From Chrysomallon squamiferum (Eukaryota > Animalia > Mollusca): a stretch of DNA of 64,000 bases. Within the stretch, counting starts at the first letter, position 1; every line of letters begins with the position of its first letter. Of the stretch, positions 24,891-38,874 are shown piece by piece. The translations under genes were made by a program, and so were the position numbers. Under the pieces are notes generated by a model. The model saw only the letters and a list, made by a program, of their open reading frames with translations, did not search any database and was not told where the DNA came from. The DNA lies in NCBI GenBank assembly GCA_012295275.1, contig CM022665.1:33170001-33234000 (forward strand), given 5' to 3'.

Positions 24891-26353
24891 ATTATATTTA
24901 CAATTATCATGAAGTATATTTACATTATATTTCATTTTGGTGTACATACATTTTCTTTTAAGAGGATTATTAAATACTTCTAGTTCTAAACTCACAAATC
25001 TGAATTGAGCAGTGTCCGTTATTGCTCTGCTAGTGTCATATATTTTGATGGATTATTTTGCTCACTTCAGTTACTGGTAATGTTGTGTGGATGAGTCATT
25101 CCTATGTTCCTGTGTTTTTACAGTCTACTTTTCATAGCCATCTATTCTTGTGTTGTGTGTAATATATAAAATATAAACAATGTTCTGTCTATATATTTTC
25201 CTTTCAGAACTGCTTCTGAAAACCTATGTTTTAGTCATCAGTTTTGCTGGAAGATCATGATATCATTATTTTAATTGTAAATTGTTTAAAAAGATTTGCA
25301 AGCATTCCTGTTTTATTGTTAGAACAGTCAAGCATAAGTTCACCACCTCTCCTCTTACTTTACAGACATTTTTATGTTCCATAGGGATATTTATCATGTA
25401 AGCTATCCATTTAAACATTTCAGTTCCAAAATGTTTAGAACAGAAATATTGATATCTAAGAGAAGAGGCAGTTATGCTTAAATTGACACTGCTTGGGACC
25501 AAAAACTAGTGGGGGGTGAAACAACAGTGTGCTGTCCTTGTCATGGTACACAAATAAGAAATATAATGTTAATAATAGCATTCAGCTGGTTTACTGCTCA
25601 GTCTGATACTTCATTTGTTTTAATGTTATCGTTTTTGTTTTGATTAGTATTGGCTAATGTTGGAGTATAGACATAAAATGTATAAAATCTGATGTTCATT
25701 TTGATCTTGATAGTTTAGCCTATTTTATTTTTTCATTCTTCTAGACCTTTTTTATTTTATTTTATTTATTCTTTTTAAATTTTATCTTGTTTTATTTATA
25801 TATTTGATTTAATATTATTATTATTATTTTAATATAGTTGTTTCAATTGTTTACAAAAAAATTTGGTTTCTTAGTTGTTTTACTATATTGTTTTATGACA
25901 AAAAATTTTTTGTATAAACTGACATATTGTCTATTTTACCTGTATATTTTCTTATCAGGGCAGACATAATTGAAAATATGATGGTTTTATGACAGATGAT
26001 ATAATTATTAATCAAACTAAAGAAAAGCTATTACAGAACACATTAATGTAAATATGCATTCTGTGAATGTTAATTACTTCAGTTACTTTTATTTTTTTAG
26101 GTATTTAGTTTTTTGCTTTAATTGTAATGAGAAAAAATTGCTTTAAAATATGAACAGATTTATTAATGTTTGATGTGTTCCTTTTCATTTTTAACATGTG
26201 TTGCTTGTAAGAAATATTTTGTTAAAATGTTTTACATGACAACATTTGCTTTGTTTTTGTTAAATTTAATTTGTATTATTTCATTATCAGTAATGATGTT
26301 TTGTTTTATGTGTATCTGCTATTCTTCACATTTTAATTTATTTTCAGAGAAAC

Positions 26354-26708
26354 TAGTGGTATTTTTAGTGATCAAGTGTTTTCTTTTTTGTTTATAGTGA
26401 AGTTAAAATTATAATCACAATGATGACAAATTCTATTTTAATAAAATCATGAATCTGTTTCTGACACTGGGAATTACTGTCATCTAAATATGAAAAATAT
26501 GTCACATTTGTTGTAAAAGATAACAAATTTCCTATTTTTCTTAAAACCTTTTTGGAAACAAATAGTTTTGCTGAAATTAAACAAAAAATATTTTTATTTA
26601 ATTATGTTGTATAAGGATGACTCATATACTGAAGTTGCTGAGCAAGTTTACTTTTTAAACATTAAAAGTGGTATATGGCACTATCTTAGTGTCAATGAAT
26701 AACATATC
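26354..26708 (+). repeat. About 355-bp repeat, copy A (inverted relative to 33140-33512)
   Basis: Aligns to the reverse complement of 33140-33512, e.g. ataaggatgactcatatactgaagttgctg versus cagcaacttcagtatatgagtcatccttat. Confidence 0.9.
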
Positions 26709-29559
26709 CATATAAACTGTTTTGAAGTAGAAAGGAAATTTGTGAAAAAAAATTATTTCTTACAACTGGATGTGTATTACAATGTAAAATAAACTGATGT
26801 CTTTATTATAATGTTAAGTATCATAAAGATCCATAAAGTAATATTTTCGTTAAGCCATTTGTCATGCTTCATATCAAATAGACTGTTATGTAATGTGCTT
26901 AAACTCATCTAACCTTGTGTTAGTTACTTTATTATTTAGCTTTTTGCTACATATCAGAAATAGACATGAACCACCGATTGGATGGGAGTTTCTAGCATTG
27001 AATCTCTTTTCATTATGTTTGGCTTTCTTTCTTCTATTTTATTTTTTTACTTTTTATTTATTTATTTATTTATTTATTTATATTTTTGGCAACTGATATT
27101 TTTGTTGTTTTGTGGGCAGCTACAGGGTAGGGTGTACACACCTCTTGCAGTCCCCCTTGTATAATAGATATATATGTATTACACATCATGCATTCATTCA
27201 GCAAACATAATTGATTGGAAGAAATGTATATTCATTTTTACTTTTTTATGGATCAGCATATGCTAACCAAATTAACTTAATTTCACAAACAATGGGAGTA
27301 GCCTACTTATCTTGGGTGACTATTTTTGGTATTTCTGTTCTGTACTTGCCATCTCCAAAGGCAGTTGCATTAAATTATAATAAATATAAGGCCAGTGATT
27401 ATTGTGTCTTTCAATTCATGAATATCCCATTGTTTCAATACATATAAGGCAACTTATACAATTCTTTTTAAATAGGCTGCCGAAAAGGATGACAAAATAA
27501 TGTCCTTGATGTAGTGCAGGATGGAAAACAGTGTTCAAAAGCAGGACATCAGGCCAGCCTAAATATTAATTTATGTGGAATGTGTTGTTATTTTTCTGTC
27601 TTTCTCTCTCTGCCTGTGCCTCTCCCTCACTCTCACTTCTGTGTGTTTGTGTGTGTGTTTGAGAAAGTTTGAGAAAATGAGTCAGAAGTTGGCAAAATAT
27701 TTTGAGTAAATGCTCTTTATTCCATTTTTTTAATTTTTTATTATAAATCTGGTGATCTATTGATTTTGAGATTTCCACATTGGATAGTGTCTAAACTAGG
27801 CATTTTTCTATACAAGGGCATCAGTATGTTACTATCTGGGTTTTGTAACATCTTAGACTGCTTGGAACAATACCCCTGTAAAGATAAGTATCTGAACCCT
27901 TTTGATCACATGGTAGCAGTGATAAAGTCATGACTCAAGCAATTGTTCTTATTTTATTTTTTGGTGATGTATTGTTTAGACAGACCTATAAATAAACACA
28001 TGCACATCATGTCAGACTTTGGTAAGTTGAAATGGAAGAGTCAACAAAGACTGCTCCATAATGAAGTGTTAATACAGTTATAAATTTTTAAAGACACACA
28101 CATGCACACACACAACAAAACTATTTTAAATCACAAAATTCTACCAAAAAAATGAAACCTAAATTAATAAAGACTACAAATATATACTTGTAAATATTAT
28201 TTCTGCCTGTAATATGATGATTAACAATATCGGTTCACAATATCAGTATCAAAAAAAGTAATGAAAGACTGCCTGGTTTCTTAAAGAAATCATTTTTCAG
28301 TACAGTGTAATTCCACATAAAACTGTTGTGAGAATGTTCATGGTTCAACAGATGTATAAACATTAAGTAGCATTTAAATAGCAAATAGCATGTTTGACAC
28401 AATACACTCGTTTGTAAGCAAAACAAACATCAATTGGTGAACTTATCATTTAAGTTCTAAAGTTTTTTGAAATATGTCTGCAGTTAGGTAATATGTAAAG
28501 GTACTGTAAAATCACAGATGACGGAGGTAGGCATATTTCATTCCATTTAATCATTGACCTGTTGTTTGTATTTACCAAGAGAAACAATAGCTTGACCATT
28601 CCAACACTTGGAGTTTTTTAAGGCTAATGGCTGTTGGGAATCTAATATCTGTTGATTATTTGAAGATTATTATTACTAACTTAAACAGGAGTTCTGCTGA
28701 GACCAGATTTTTCATTTCAACATAGCAAGATTCTTGAGAAATAATCACTCAAGCTATCCAAGTTTGACTCTGTGTGTGTGTATATATGATTAATTTTACA
28801 AGCCTTAAAATGAAGATGAAGGAATCAATCATTTTAAAGATAATGGAACTAAATTTTGTTTGTCAAAAATATTTTTTCCAAAATATCAGAAAGTTTGTAA
28901 ATGAAGCGATCAGGGATTTGTTATGTATCTACCTTCCTGATGAGTCTACCCTAGTTGCTGAACCGTCAGTAAAGGAATCAAAAGCAGAATACACCAGTTA
29001 CTGCATGCAGTGCAGGAGTAGTCGATCTTCCTTGAAATCTGTGGTAATATATGTGATCGTGGGAAAAAAGAAGTAAAAACATTACAGTAATTTATAATTA
29101 TATTTTATTATTATTTATGCTTAGAAGAGAAAAGAATTATATATTACTGTTCAGTGGTAAAACAATAATTTCTGGCCTTTCAATTTCATACTTAAAAAAG
29201 GTAGATACACTTATGCTAAAGTATGACATTTTAAAAACAATTTATTTATTTATTTATTTTATATTCTTAACAGAGAATTTAATTTTATTCTTGATTTTTA
29301 CTTACATTTTGTGACTTCATTATCAACAGAAGTGTAAAGAAATGCCTTTATTATTGAATGCTCCAAATTTAGTTAATCTGAATTAAGGATGCATGATATT
29401 GGCAGTTTTGAGCTTTGTTTTCAAAATTTAATTATATAACTAATTAATATATATATTTTTTAAACTACTCAGTATAATTTTTTTCTGAAAATCCAAACGA
29501 AATCTTGTAAATACACAAATATTCTGGAATCTACTAAAATTCAGACCTGTCTGTGACTT

Positions 29560-29725
29560 AACATAGCATCCAAAAAATGTTTGTTAACATGAGGTACAGA
29601 TGTTGTGACCAGTTCCTTGAAGGAACTCTTCAACAGTTTTGCTTCCATCTCATCTGTCCACACATAACTGATGAAAATGAGACAGTAGCTGGTTTACACA
29701 CATTTGACACATTTGGCACATTTGG

Positions 29726-29774
<49 letters not shown>

Positions 29775-29800
29775 TACATATACACATACGTATACATACT

Positions 29801-29831
<31 letters not shown>

Positions 29832-30170
29832 GCACCACATATGCACATACAAATACATATATACACACATTCATACATATGTATACATACATACGTATAT
29901 AGACACAGGAGTACATTCATACATACAGACATGTTCATACAGATGTACCCAATGTTAATAAGCATACCACAGTTAAAATATCCTCCAGGATGATAACATT
30001 CTGTCGATTCAAACATAGCATTGGTGTTTTTTTTATGTGCAATTATGAATTGTTTTTGTAAGCAGGACATCACCTACTACCAATAATTAAACGTCAGTAA
30101 GCAATAAAAATCTGCACAATGCCATTTCTTCCAAGTGCCATTTTTTCCAGTGCTATTTTTACCTATCCCC
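29560..30170 (+). mobile_element. Partial copy of the long-TIR family, with internal (TG)n/(CA)n tracts
   Basis: Shares ccttgaaggaactcttcaa, tgtccacacataact, cacctactaccaataa and gtgccatttttt with 13190-13960. Confidence 0.65.
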
Positions 30171-30664
30171 GTTCACACAGGCCATTGACAATGGTGTTTC
30201 CCTTTGGTCATGATAAAACAAATGTGCTGTCCGGCAGGGTAAATTCAGTTCTGCACATTATTCCACATTGTTAAATTAAAGTAAATTTCATTCTGTTGTC
30301 ATGGTGTCAGTGTCTGTAAGGTGCTTGTTATCACATCTAGGGGATGTAGACTTTAGAAAACTATGATAGGGATTAGTAAGTTCAAACTGAGACATTATTT
30401 TAATATTGTGATAGTATAATACATCAACTAAATAAAAATATCATCAATAAGAGTAAAGTTTGAGTTATTAATTAATTTATTTATTTATAAACATATTTTG
30501 TAATCATATACATGAAAAACAACTAAATTATTTCAGTCAGTTGAATCCTAATTAAAGATAGAATCGGTCACAGGAGAATCAATTAATTATGTTAATATAA
30601 GTTGTAAGTTATATATATTAAATAAAATAATCACCTTTAATGACACAGATTACAATGCATATAT

Positions 30665-31470
30665 GATGGTGTCTGAGAATATGTGTTCCTCCAAGTATTC
30701 ATTTCCTTAGGAATGGATATTCAGGAATAATTGTTCCCTTTACAAAGAATATTTGATCCCCCATTCAGTGATTATTTTCAGATGTAGTTCTGTATGCTAT
30801 TTGTGATAATTACTCCATACAGTGTTTGTCTGTTGAAACTAACTAAATAGAACTGCAAATAGATATTCACAAAAACACATTTATAATTGTAGATAGGTGG
30901 ATAAATAACTGAGGGATACATTTGGCTGGGTTCTTGAAAATAGGGATATTAATTTTTTTTAAATGAAGATGAAAAACATTCATCCCTAAATCCATTTAAC
31001 ATTGATAATTATTTTCAGATATGTTATATTGTGCCCCAGTCTTTTAATTAAAGTGCTGCAATAAAACAGCTTCTGATGTTTTTGTCAAAATGTCAGGACC
31101 AGACTCACTTGTTTGAAATGAAGTATCAAAATAAGTCCATTGATGAGACCCTTCATTTTGATATACACCAGTAATGATGATGAGGATTAACAAGCTCCTG
31201 GACTATGTGACTGAAGGAAAATACCCTGAGGATTATTCAAAAAGATAAGAAAAGTACACTTTGCAAGGCAGCCCAGTGTAAGTGGTCAAAGTGTCCATGA
31301 TGATGAGTTACCAGGAGGATATTTTGCTATAATTTGTATTGTTATCCAAGTCTGCAAAGTTCACCCTAATTCTATAACATAAAGCATGGGGAACTAATAT
31401 TCACCAAATATTAATTCCTCCAAGCATGGGGGGAACAAATGTTCATAGGTAGGAGCATACGTACATATCG
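30665..31470 (+). mobile_element. Possible Ginger-like DNA transposon remnant
   Basis: LDYVTEGKYPEDYSKDKKSTLCKAAQ at about 31198-31277 resembles the N-terminus of GIN/Ginger integrases. The flanks carry loosely inverted tgttcc/ggaaca repeats. Confidence 0.35.
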
Positions 31471-33088
31471 TACCATGGAATCAAATTATGAAAAGAAGAC
31501 AACCTGGTCAACAGATTTCAAAACTGTTTGTCATACAAAATTCACCCTATCCTGGCCACTAATTCACGTAACTTTAATATTTAGAAAGTACCTTTAAGAG
31601 TTCGTCATCGTGCATTTTCACTTAAAAGGTCATTACGGATATAAAACAGGACAAAAGAGAGACCTAAAGGAGGATAAATCAGAAAAAAAGACAAATTGGA
31701 TGAACATGGAAACTATTGGGGAATCTTTTGGAAGGAGTTATTTAAGTAAAAAGTAACACTTTCGGCTTCTTTTTAATGAAAATTATATTTGATTTCTATC
31801 TCCATCCATAATGTGTGAAAAAATACAATTAGTTATTGAAGAATTACATTTCACTACGAAAATTCACAGCATTTGTAGCAGGGCTTTGCATGCAAAAAGG
31901 TATAGATCGAGGAATCGTACAAACATTCACCACCTAAGCCAGATGATTGTTTTCAAAATAATTCATAAATCAAAACGTGTCGGAGAATAAGCTTACTCTA
32001 TACAGTAATAGTTCTTACACAAAAATATAATAATACTAAAACTATTGTTAAAAAAATCCAAAAAACCAAAAATACACAAACAAACAAACAAATAAATACA
32101 TAAATAAATAAAACAAGAATATGAAAACAACAACAACAATAATTAATACATAATTAAATTAATTTAAAATGAGCCAGATCAGTATGGATCAGTGAGGACT
32201 GTCAGTATTGTACTTTAATCACTGAATAAATGATTTTATGCTCATCTTTTATCAGTAGTTATTATTAGGTATAATATATAATTTCTGAGGAAACTAATAC
32301 AGACATTATGATCTGCTTGGATTAATTAAAAATGTAATAGATTATATCAGTCCTTTATTATTTCAACTTTCTTCTATTTGATTTTCGATTACTAGCTTTC
32401 CCTTTTAAATTGTATCTTAATTTCTGTCACATAAAATATTCATTCTTTTTGCTATTGTTTATATCCGATGATAATTATGTTACATTTGATGAGGTTTAAA
32501 AATAATAATTCAAGTGTACGTGACAACATCCACGATTAGTTTCCTGAAACGTGATCATGGCAACCCTTAGACGTGAGCTATATACTTTGGATTTGTGAAA
32601 TTAATTACAAGTACTTAGCAGTAATCGACCGCTGTATTATTTCCTTTACGAAATCCATTGATGTTCATGTTCCGCTGTAAAATAATTAAGAACAATTTCG
32701 CCTCGATTTCTTTTAAATGGCGTACCAAGATTGCATGAGTATTTTACGTTTGTCATTAAATGAGGTGTTATTTTGTCGTTGTTGTTTATTTATTTATTTT
32801 TATTTTATTTATTTACTTATTTATTATTATTATTATTATTACTATTTTTTTATTTTTTTCACCAAACTGAATGTGAAGGTAATATATATTTTTAACTTAC
32901 ACAAAAAGTTTAATGAAGTCTGAGAATTGCTAAAATCATGTTCTTGTTTCACCACTGTTCATTTACAAAACTGATATTTAAGATTGTGCAAAATATAAGC
33001 CAGTATCTTATTTAATTTGTTTCAGAATTAAAAAAAAAAAAAAAAACAAAAACATCAGAACTACAACAAAAATAAGACATCGGTTGCA

Positions 33089-33122
<34 letters not shown>

Positions 33123-33139
33123 AAATAAATAATACAAAA

Positions 33140-33512
33140 GATACGTTATTCATTGAAACTAAGATAGTGCTATATATCGCTTGTAATGTTTAAAACGTAA
33201 ACTTGTTCAGCAACTTCAGTATATGAGTCATCCTTATACAACATAATTAAATAAAAATATATTTTGTTTAATTTCAGCAAAAATATTTGTTTCCCGAACG
33301 TTTTTAAGAAAAATTTGGTTTAAAAAGAAAAAAGGAAATTTTATACCCGTTATGAGAAATCTGACATATTTTTAGTATTTACCTGACAATAATTCCCAGT
33401 GTCAGAAATAGATACACGATTTTATTAAAATAGAATTTGTCACCATTGTGATTATAATTTTAACTTCACTATAAACAAAAAAGAAAACACTTGATCGCCA
33501 AAAGTACCACTA
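33140..33512 (-). repeat. About 370-bp repeat, copy B (inverted relative to 26354-26708)
   Basis: Direct alignment by eye to copy A; this copy retains CpGs. Confidence 0.9.
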
Positions 33513-34262
33513 CTTCGTGCGAATCACTCCAGCATCCTAAAATTACATTAGTAAATTACTGAGAAACAATACCTGATATTACTTATATCATGTGTTGAAG
33601 AATGATTTCTGAGCTAAATTATATACAATAATGATCCTATAAAAACAGATGTAATGATATTTGTTATTTTCAGAATTACTCGAGGCTATAGTCAAACCGA
33701 AAACTATTAAATATATTAAACATCTATGGTATTTTGATAAAAACATTACAATTGAAATATTAATTATTTTCTTTGAAAGGTAAATGCATTAATTTTTCGG
33801 CCAGATTCATTCAGTTCTAATAATTAAATTAAATATTAAAGAGGAAATTGATTATACAAACACAAAAAAAAAAAAAAAAATAAAAAAAAAAAAAAAAAAA
33901 AAAAAAATAATAATAATAATAATAATAAATAAATAAATAATAAAGAGAAAAGTGGATTATGCTAATGACGTGCATATTACAAATACGTAAAAATATAGAG
34001 GCTTCTATCTCCCTACTCATTCGACAGAAAAACGTTTTGTGTTGATATAAATGACATAAGCGTAAACCTATGTGAAAGCAGCTTTGTCAAAGACATATTC
34101 ACAAGATCGCACGAATCACTTCAGTATTTTTCGGGTAATATTATTATTAAAAGTATTGCAGGTTACCTAAAATATTTAAATAGGGCCTGCTTTATGTAAT
34201 CAAGAGATTAAAAACAGCCGTCACTGTGTGTTGATATGTATGCAACTACCTTGCGTCAAATA

Positions 34263-34969
34263 CAGTATACCCTCACCTATTCGCGGTTCCCCATTCGCGG
34301 GTTAGGCTCTTAACCCTATCGCATCGTATGCTGGTATACCAGGCGAGCGTCATAACGTCATAAAAACAAATGCTCGGTAAACCGCACAAACAATATCAAA
34401 TTTTTTCAGTTATTATTGCAATACAGTACGTATTTTTTTATAAATGCATACACTGTATGTACAGTGCATATTTTTTGTGACCGTGTATTAATAATGTTTT
34501 TAATTGCATATTATTACTGAATTGTATTATTATTACCTGAACTGTGCGTACTGTATTTATCTGTCTGTTTGCCTTTAAATTTGTTCCACTTTCTGTCAAT
34601 TCTAATACATATGTTGTACGCATAGAAAATGACTTTACGGTACAGTAATACAGTATGGGTAACTATGCTATGCGGTGTTACAGTCCTCCTGTACTTACGT
34701 TTCTTTCTGATTAAAATATTGTTTCAGTACAAAATTAAAATGTGTTTACATTATCATTACTACATTAGTGAAATACATAACTGCATGCAATATTACTACA
34801 TTATTACTGTATTAATGAGTAAGAGTGTCTTTAGAAAGTGTTTGGGAAGCATTTAGTACCGTATATAATCTCATAATAGACGTTTTAAAACTGCATCCAA
34901 TATTCGCGGTTTTTCGCTATTCGCGGGAGGGTAAAGAACGTAACCCCCGCGAATAGCGAGGGAATACTG
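34263..34969. mobile_element. Pogo/Tigger (MER2-like) non-autonomous element, about 707 bp
   Basis: TA|CAGTATACCCTCACCTATTCGCGG ... CCGCGAATAGCGAGGGAATACTG|TA: imperfect TIRs, TA target duplication and subterminal ATTCGCGG repeats. Confidence 0.8.
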
Positions 34970-34984
34970 TAGTATATATTTTTT

Positions 34985-34988
<4 letters not shown>

Positions 34989-35036
<48 letters not shown>
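34989..35036. repeat. (CT)n microsatellite
   Basis: Direct observation. Confidence 0.95.
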
Positions 35037-35039
<3 letters not shown>

Positions 35040-35074
35040 TATTTTATTATTATTTTTCTTTCTTTATTTTTTCT

Positions 35075-35160
35075 ACCAGTATTTCTTAAACCGTGTATCA
35101 ACGTATTTTCTTGTTTGTTGTGCAAATAAAAGATCCCTTGCTGCTGATCCATGAAGTAAC
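35075..35160 (+). mobile_element. SINE core fragment (Meta/MESC-like, from recall)
   Basis: gtgcaaataaaagatcccttgctgctgatc matches my recollection of a conserved molluscan SINE core. Confidence 0.5.
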
Positions 35161-36789
35161 TTTGAGTCAATCATTATACTAACTCCAAATCTATTTTCTT
35201 CTTTTTCACAAATTATGTTTTATTTATATTAAAAACATTGCATGAGACACCAGCCAGAGAAATTTACAGTATTTGATCATACTAGACCAGATCTGTGTTA
35301 ATAACAGTATTTGTGTGTCTCTAATCTTCAAATTTATTTACACGTATTCATTTTTGTTTAATTGGTTTATTTTTTAATTTTAATTTTGTATTTATTCGTT
35401 TTCATTTTTTAATGTTTTTAATGATACTGTTTCTTAGATGAGTGCTGGAGAAAAATTTTATATACTGTTTCCGAAGTTGTCTTTTTCATTATTTTTAAAA
35501 TAATAATTGTGTTTGCGTTTAATACGTTTGTTTCCATGTTTGTTGACTTTTGCTTGTTCTGATTTTCGTAATCTCAGTGTTTTATTCACTTAAGAGTCTA
35601 TTTTTTCAATAATTTTATTTATTATTATTATTTTTTATTAAGTGATATGAAAACCTTTGACGTAATGCTTCCTTGCAGTTATTCTTGTGATATATATATA
35701 TATTTTATGTTTAACACAAAAACAGAAATGTTTATTGATCTTACACGTCAATTACAAGAAAAATAATGTCGCATCAAAAATCAATAAATTAAATTAAATT
35801 CTATTTCATATATGTAAACACTTTTTCTTAAACAGATAGAGTTCGAATTAGTTACTTGTGCATTCTGAAAATCTAAATAATAAACTCAACTTGAAAAAAG
35901 ATTAGAGTTACACTTTATAAATCTTACACTTTTTTTTTTTTTTTTTTTTTTTAAAGAAAGAAAAAAGACATATTTTTGATGTCAGCGACTATTGTAATTT
36001 TTTTTCATCATTTTATTATTTATTTATTAAAATTTTTGAAGTAGATTTTAAATCGTATTTTTGTGTTTCTTAGCGCAGGAATAATTATAATGGTATAGAA
36101 AGAAAATTAAAATTGTTAGAATTCCAAAATTTACATTTTTATGTCTATATTTTGAATTTGCACATTAACTGCTTTCTGACGAATCGCTTAACAGTGTTCA
36201 TAACATCAGATATACGCCTGTTTACAAGAGATCGTGAAAGTCTGTTTAAAACAGAAATTGGTTTGTTCTTCAAATAAAATGTATTACAATAAATTACTTT
36301 TAACAGTGAATATGTTTGCTATAACTGCTATTTCTACCTCCATTTTAATTTCACATTATTTGTTTTACTGCGACTTGACATTCCCTTTTTTCTTAGTTCA
36401 TAATACTCGATACAGATTTTAATTCCGGCAGCAAAGACTACTGAGCCTGAATAAAGATTTTTTTTTCCAACTCATGAATACGTTTACGAAAATAACGCTT
36501 TTCTATGATACTGAACATCCATTCCGATTTCATCCTATATTAGACTGAGTAGGAATGAATCATTGATCATTATCAAGTTTTCTAATCAGTTAATAACTGT
36601 GAGGCAAATAAAATTTTGATTAGCTTGCAGAGCTTTACCACTATATAATTATTTTAATCCACTTTGATAGGCTTAAGTCTTCGGTAAAAAAATCATCAAT
36701 ACTAATGCGAACAGTAATTAAATAGACAAGTCTGTACACACTAAATTAAATGAGTTAAGTATCCAATTGCAGCCTTATTTTCTTACGAC

Positions 36790-36900
36790 AGATAAAAGTA
36801 TTTATAATAATCAACTTCATTTAGCTGATATAAAGAGCGTCGCAGTGGCAGTCTGCATGTGTGCTGATATATTTTATTATCAGTAATTTAAGATAAGGAA
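36790..36900 (+). promoter_or_regulatory. Candidate globin core promoter (TATA box with flanking GATA sites)
   Basis: TATAAAG at 36829-36835 followed by a GC-richer leader; AGATAA at 36790 and 36891. Confidence 0.35.
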
Positions 36901-37504
36901 GCGGCTGGAGCTTCTACGAAACAACAAAAGGGAAATAGGAGGGCATCGGGCAACATGTTCTTTTTGATAGTTCAATCATACGGATACAAAAAAAAACAAA
37001 AGCAACAACCCCCGAAAAAAATTCCTAGATTTTGCTAACAAGAGTGTACTTTGAAACAACAACAACAACAAAAAATATCTTCGATGTTTTTATATGAAAG
37101 GAAGTCTTACACATCATAGAATTATTCAGAATATTATTTCTGAACTTTGACTGTCCATCAAAACTAAAGAGATAAAAATTGTGAATGCTGTTATTCTAAA
37201 TGGAACAGACTTCTAAATTATGTGATATCAATATTTTCAGAGAAATTTAATAACAAATTTTATATGTGATCAGAAAATAATAAAACCATTTAATATACTT
37301 TTTCTTTTGGCTGTGTAACCTAGAAAGAAAATTTAAAATAAAAAAGAAATCTTTTTGTTCTTATTTTCTAACAAATAATAATTAAAAAACAATAAATAAA
37401 TAAATAATACAAAACAAAATAAACAATAATATTTATTATTATTATTAAAAAACAATTAAAAAACCCAAACAATTCAACAACGTAGAAGAAATAAATATAT
37501 CAAA

Positions 37505-37734
37505 ATGGGATGTAGAATCTCACGTGTTCGTCCATCCATGAACGGAACCAAAGGTAGAAGTGACAGGTGTTCCTGTGACTGTCATAAAACACAAAAGATG
37601 AGTTTTGAAGAGATCTCAAAAGTAAAAGTCGATCCACGAATACCACTGAACGCTCGAGAGATATTCAACATATGTAAATCTTGGAAAGCAATTTCCAGAA
37701 ACATGCTTGGAACGGGACAAACAATGTTTCTCAA
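37505..37734 (+). CDS. N-acylated globin (globin X/neuroglobin-like), exon 1 of 3
   Basis: MGCRIS...DPRIPLNAREIFNICKSWKAISRNMLGTGQTMFL gives helices A-B with the conserved SW. AA|GTAAGT phase-2 intron at the canonical B12.2 position. Confidence 0.9.
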
Positions 37735-38874
37735 GTAAGTAAACATTTAAATTCAATATTACTTGTTTAGTTATTTTTTAATTTTTAATTTAATTTTAAT
37801 TTTTGTTTTCACCTATTCACCGATTCGTTAATCTATTTATCCATTAATTTTTTATTTATCCATTCAATATGTTTTCATTTTAATGTTATTTAATATTGCC
37901 ACAATGCATACACAATTTGATATTACAAAAACAACGCAACAAGAAATTAACACGGATATAAAAGTTATCTCTAGCACTCATGTAAGAAACAATATCAATA
38001 AAAACATTAAAAAATGAAAACAAATAAATACAAAATTAAAATAAAAAAATAAACCAATTAAACAAAAAATAATACTTGTAAATAAAATTTGAAATAACAG
38101 AGACATATACACAACACACAGACACAGTCTCTAAGTTGCAGAACCTCACCAAAATTTTTTACAATTAAATATTAAAATCGTCAGTATGTGTTAGCAGATA
38201 AACCATTATTCATTAGGCTTATAACAAATTTATTTTCGTGGGTCATCAAAAATACGATTTAAAATCTACTTCAAAATTTTAATAAATTTGTGGTGGCAAA
38301 GAAGTTGCTGTCTTTTCTTTTCTTTCTTCTACTTGGATATCGAATTCACTTTTATATTATTTATGTGATATCTTTTCGAAGGCTGTAACGAAATAAAAAA
38401 AAAATAAAAAAATAAAAATACAATTATGAATTGAAAATAGATGTTTATTTCTCGATTATTAGGTACACATTTCAAAATTTAAGCAGATAGGTAAGTACCC
38501 AAAGGACCCAACACTTGTTTTATTCTTCTTCTTTAAACTGCATTTTAAAAAGTAAATAAGGCCCAGAAAATCACCTTATTAGCATGTTGCACACACACAC
38601 ACAATTTTTGTTCCCTTTAAATAGTTTATTTTAAGTAATTACTGCAAATATAACTGGTATTTCATTAGTCATGTATTTATTGTGAAATACAAAAGGATTT
38701 TTTACTGTTAGATGGCAATATTATTATAAACAGTGTGTTGTTTCTTGTTTTTAAATTCTTTAAATTTGTATTTCTTATGTCATATATCCCCACTGACGCG
38801 TACAAACCCACTAACATGTTCATGATTCATTTCCTTGTAGCTAAATTATATGTATTTTTCATTTTCATTTGCAG

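Noticed and set aside
29577-30073. Overlapping ORFs of 84-147 aa
   Set aside because: They are translations of (TG)n/(CA)n microsatellites inside a repeat.
26354-33512. A single 7-kb transposon with 360-bp TIRs
   Set aside because: No TSD, no internal transposase or polymerase ORF, and very different CpG decay in the two arms.
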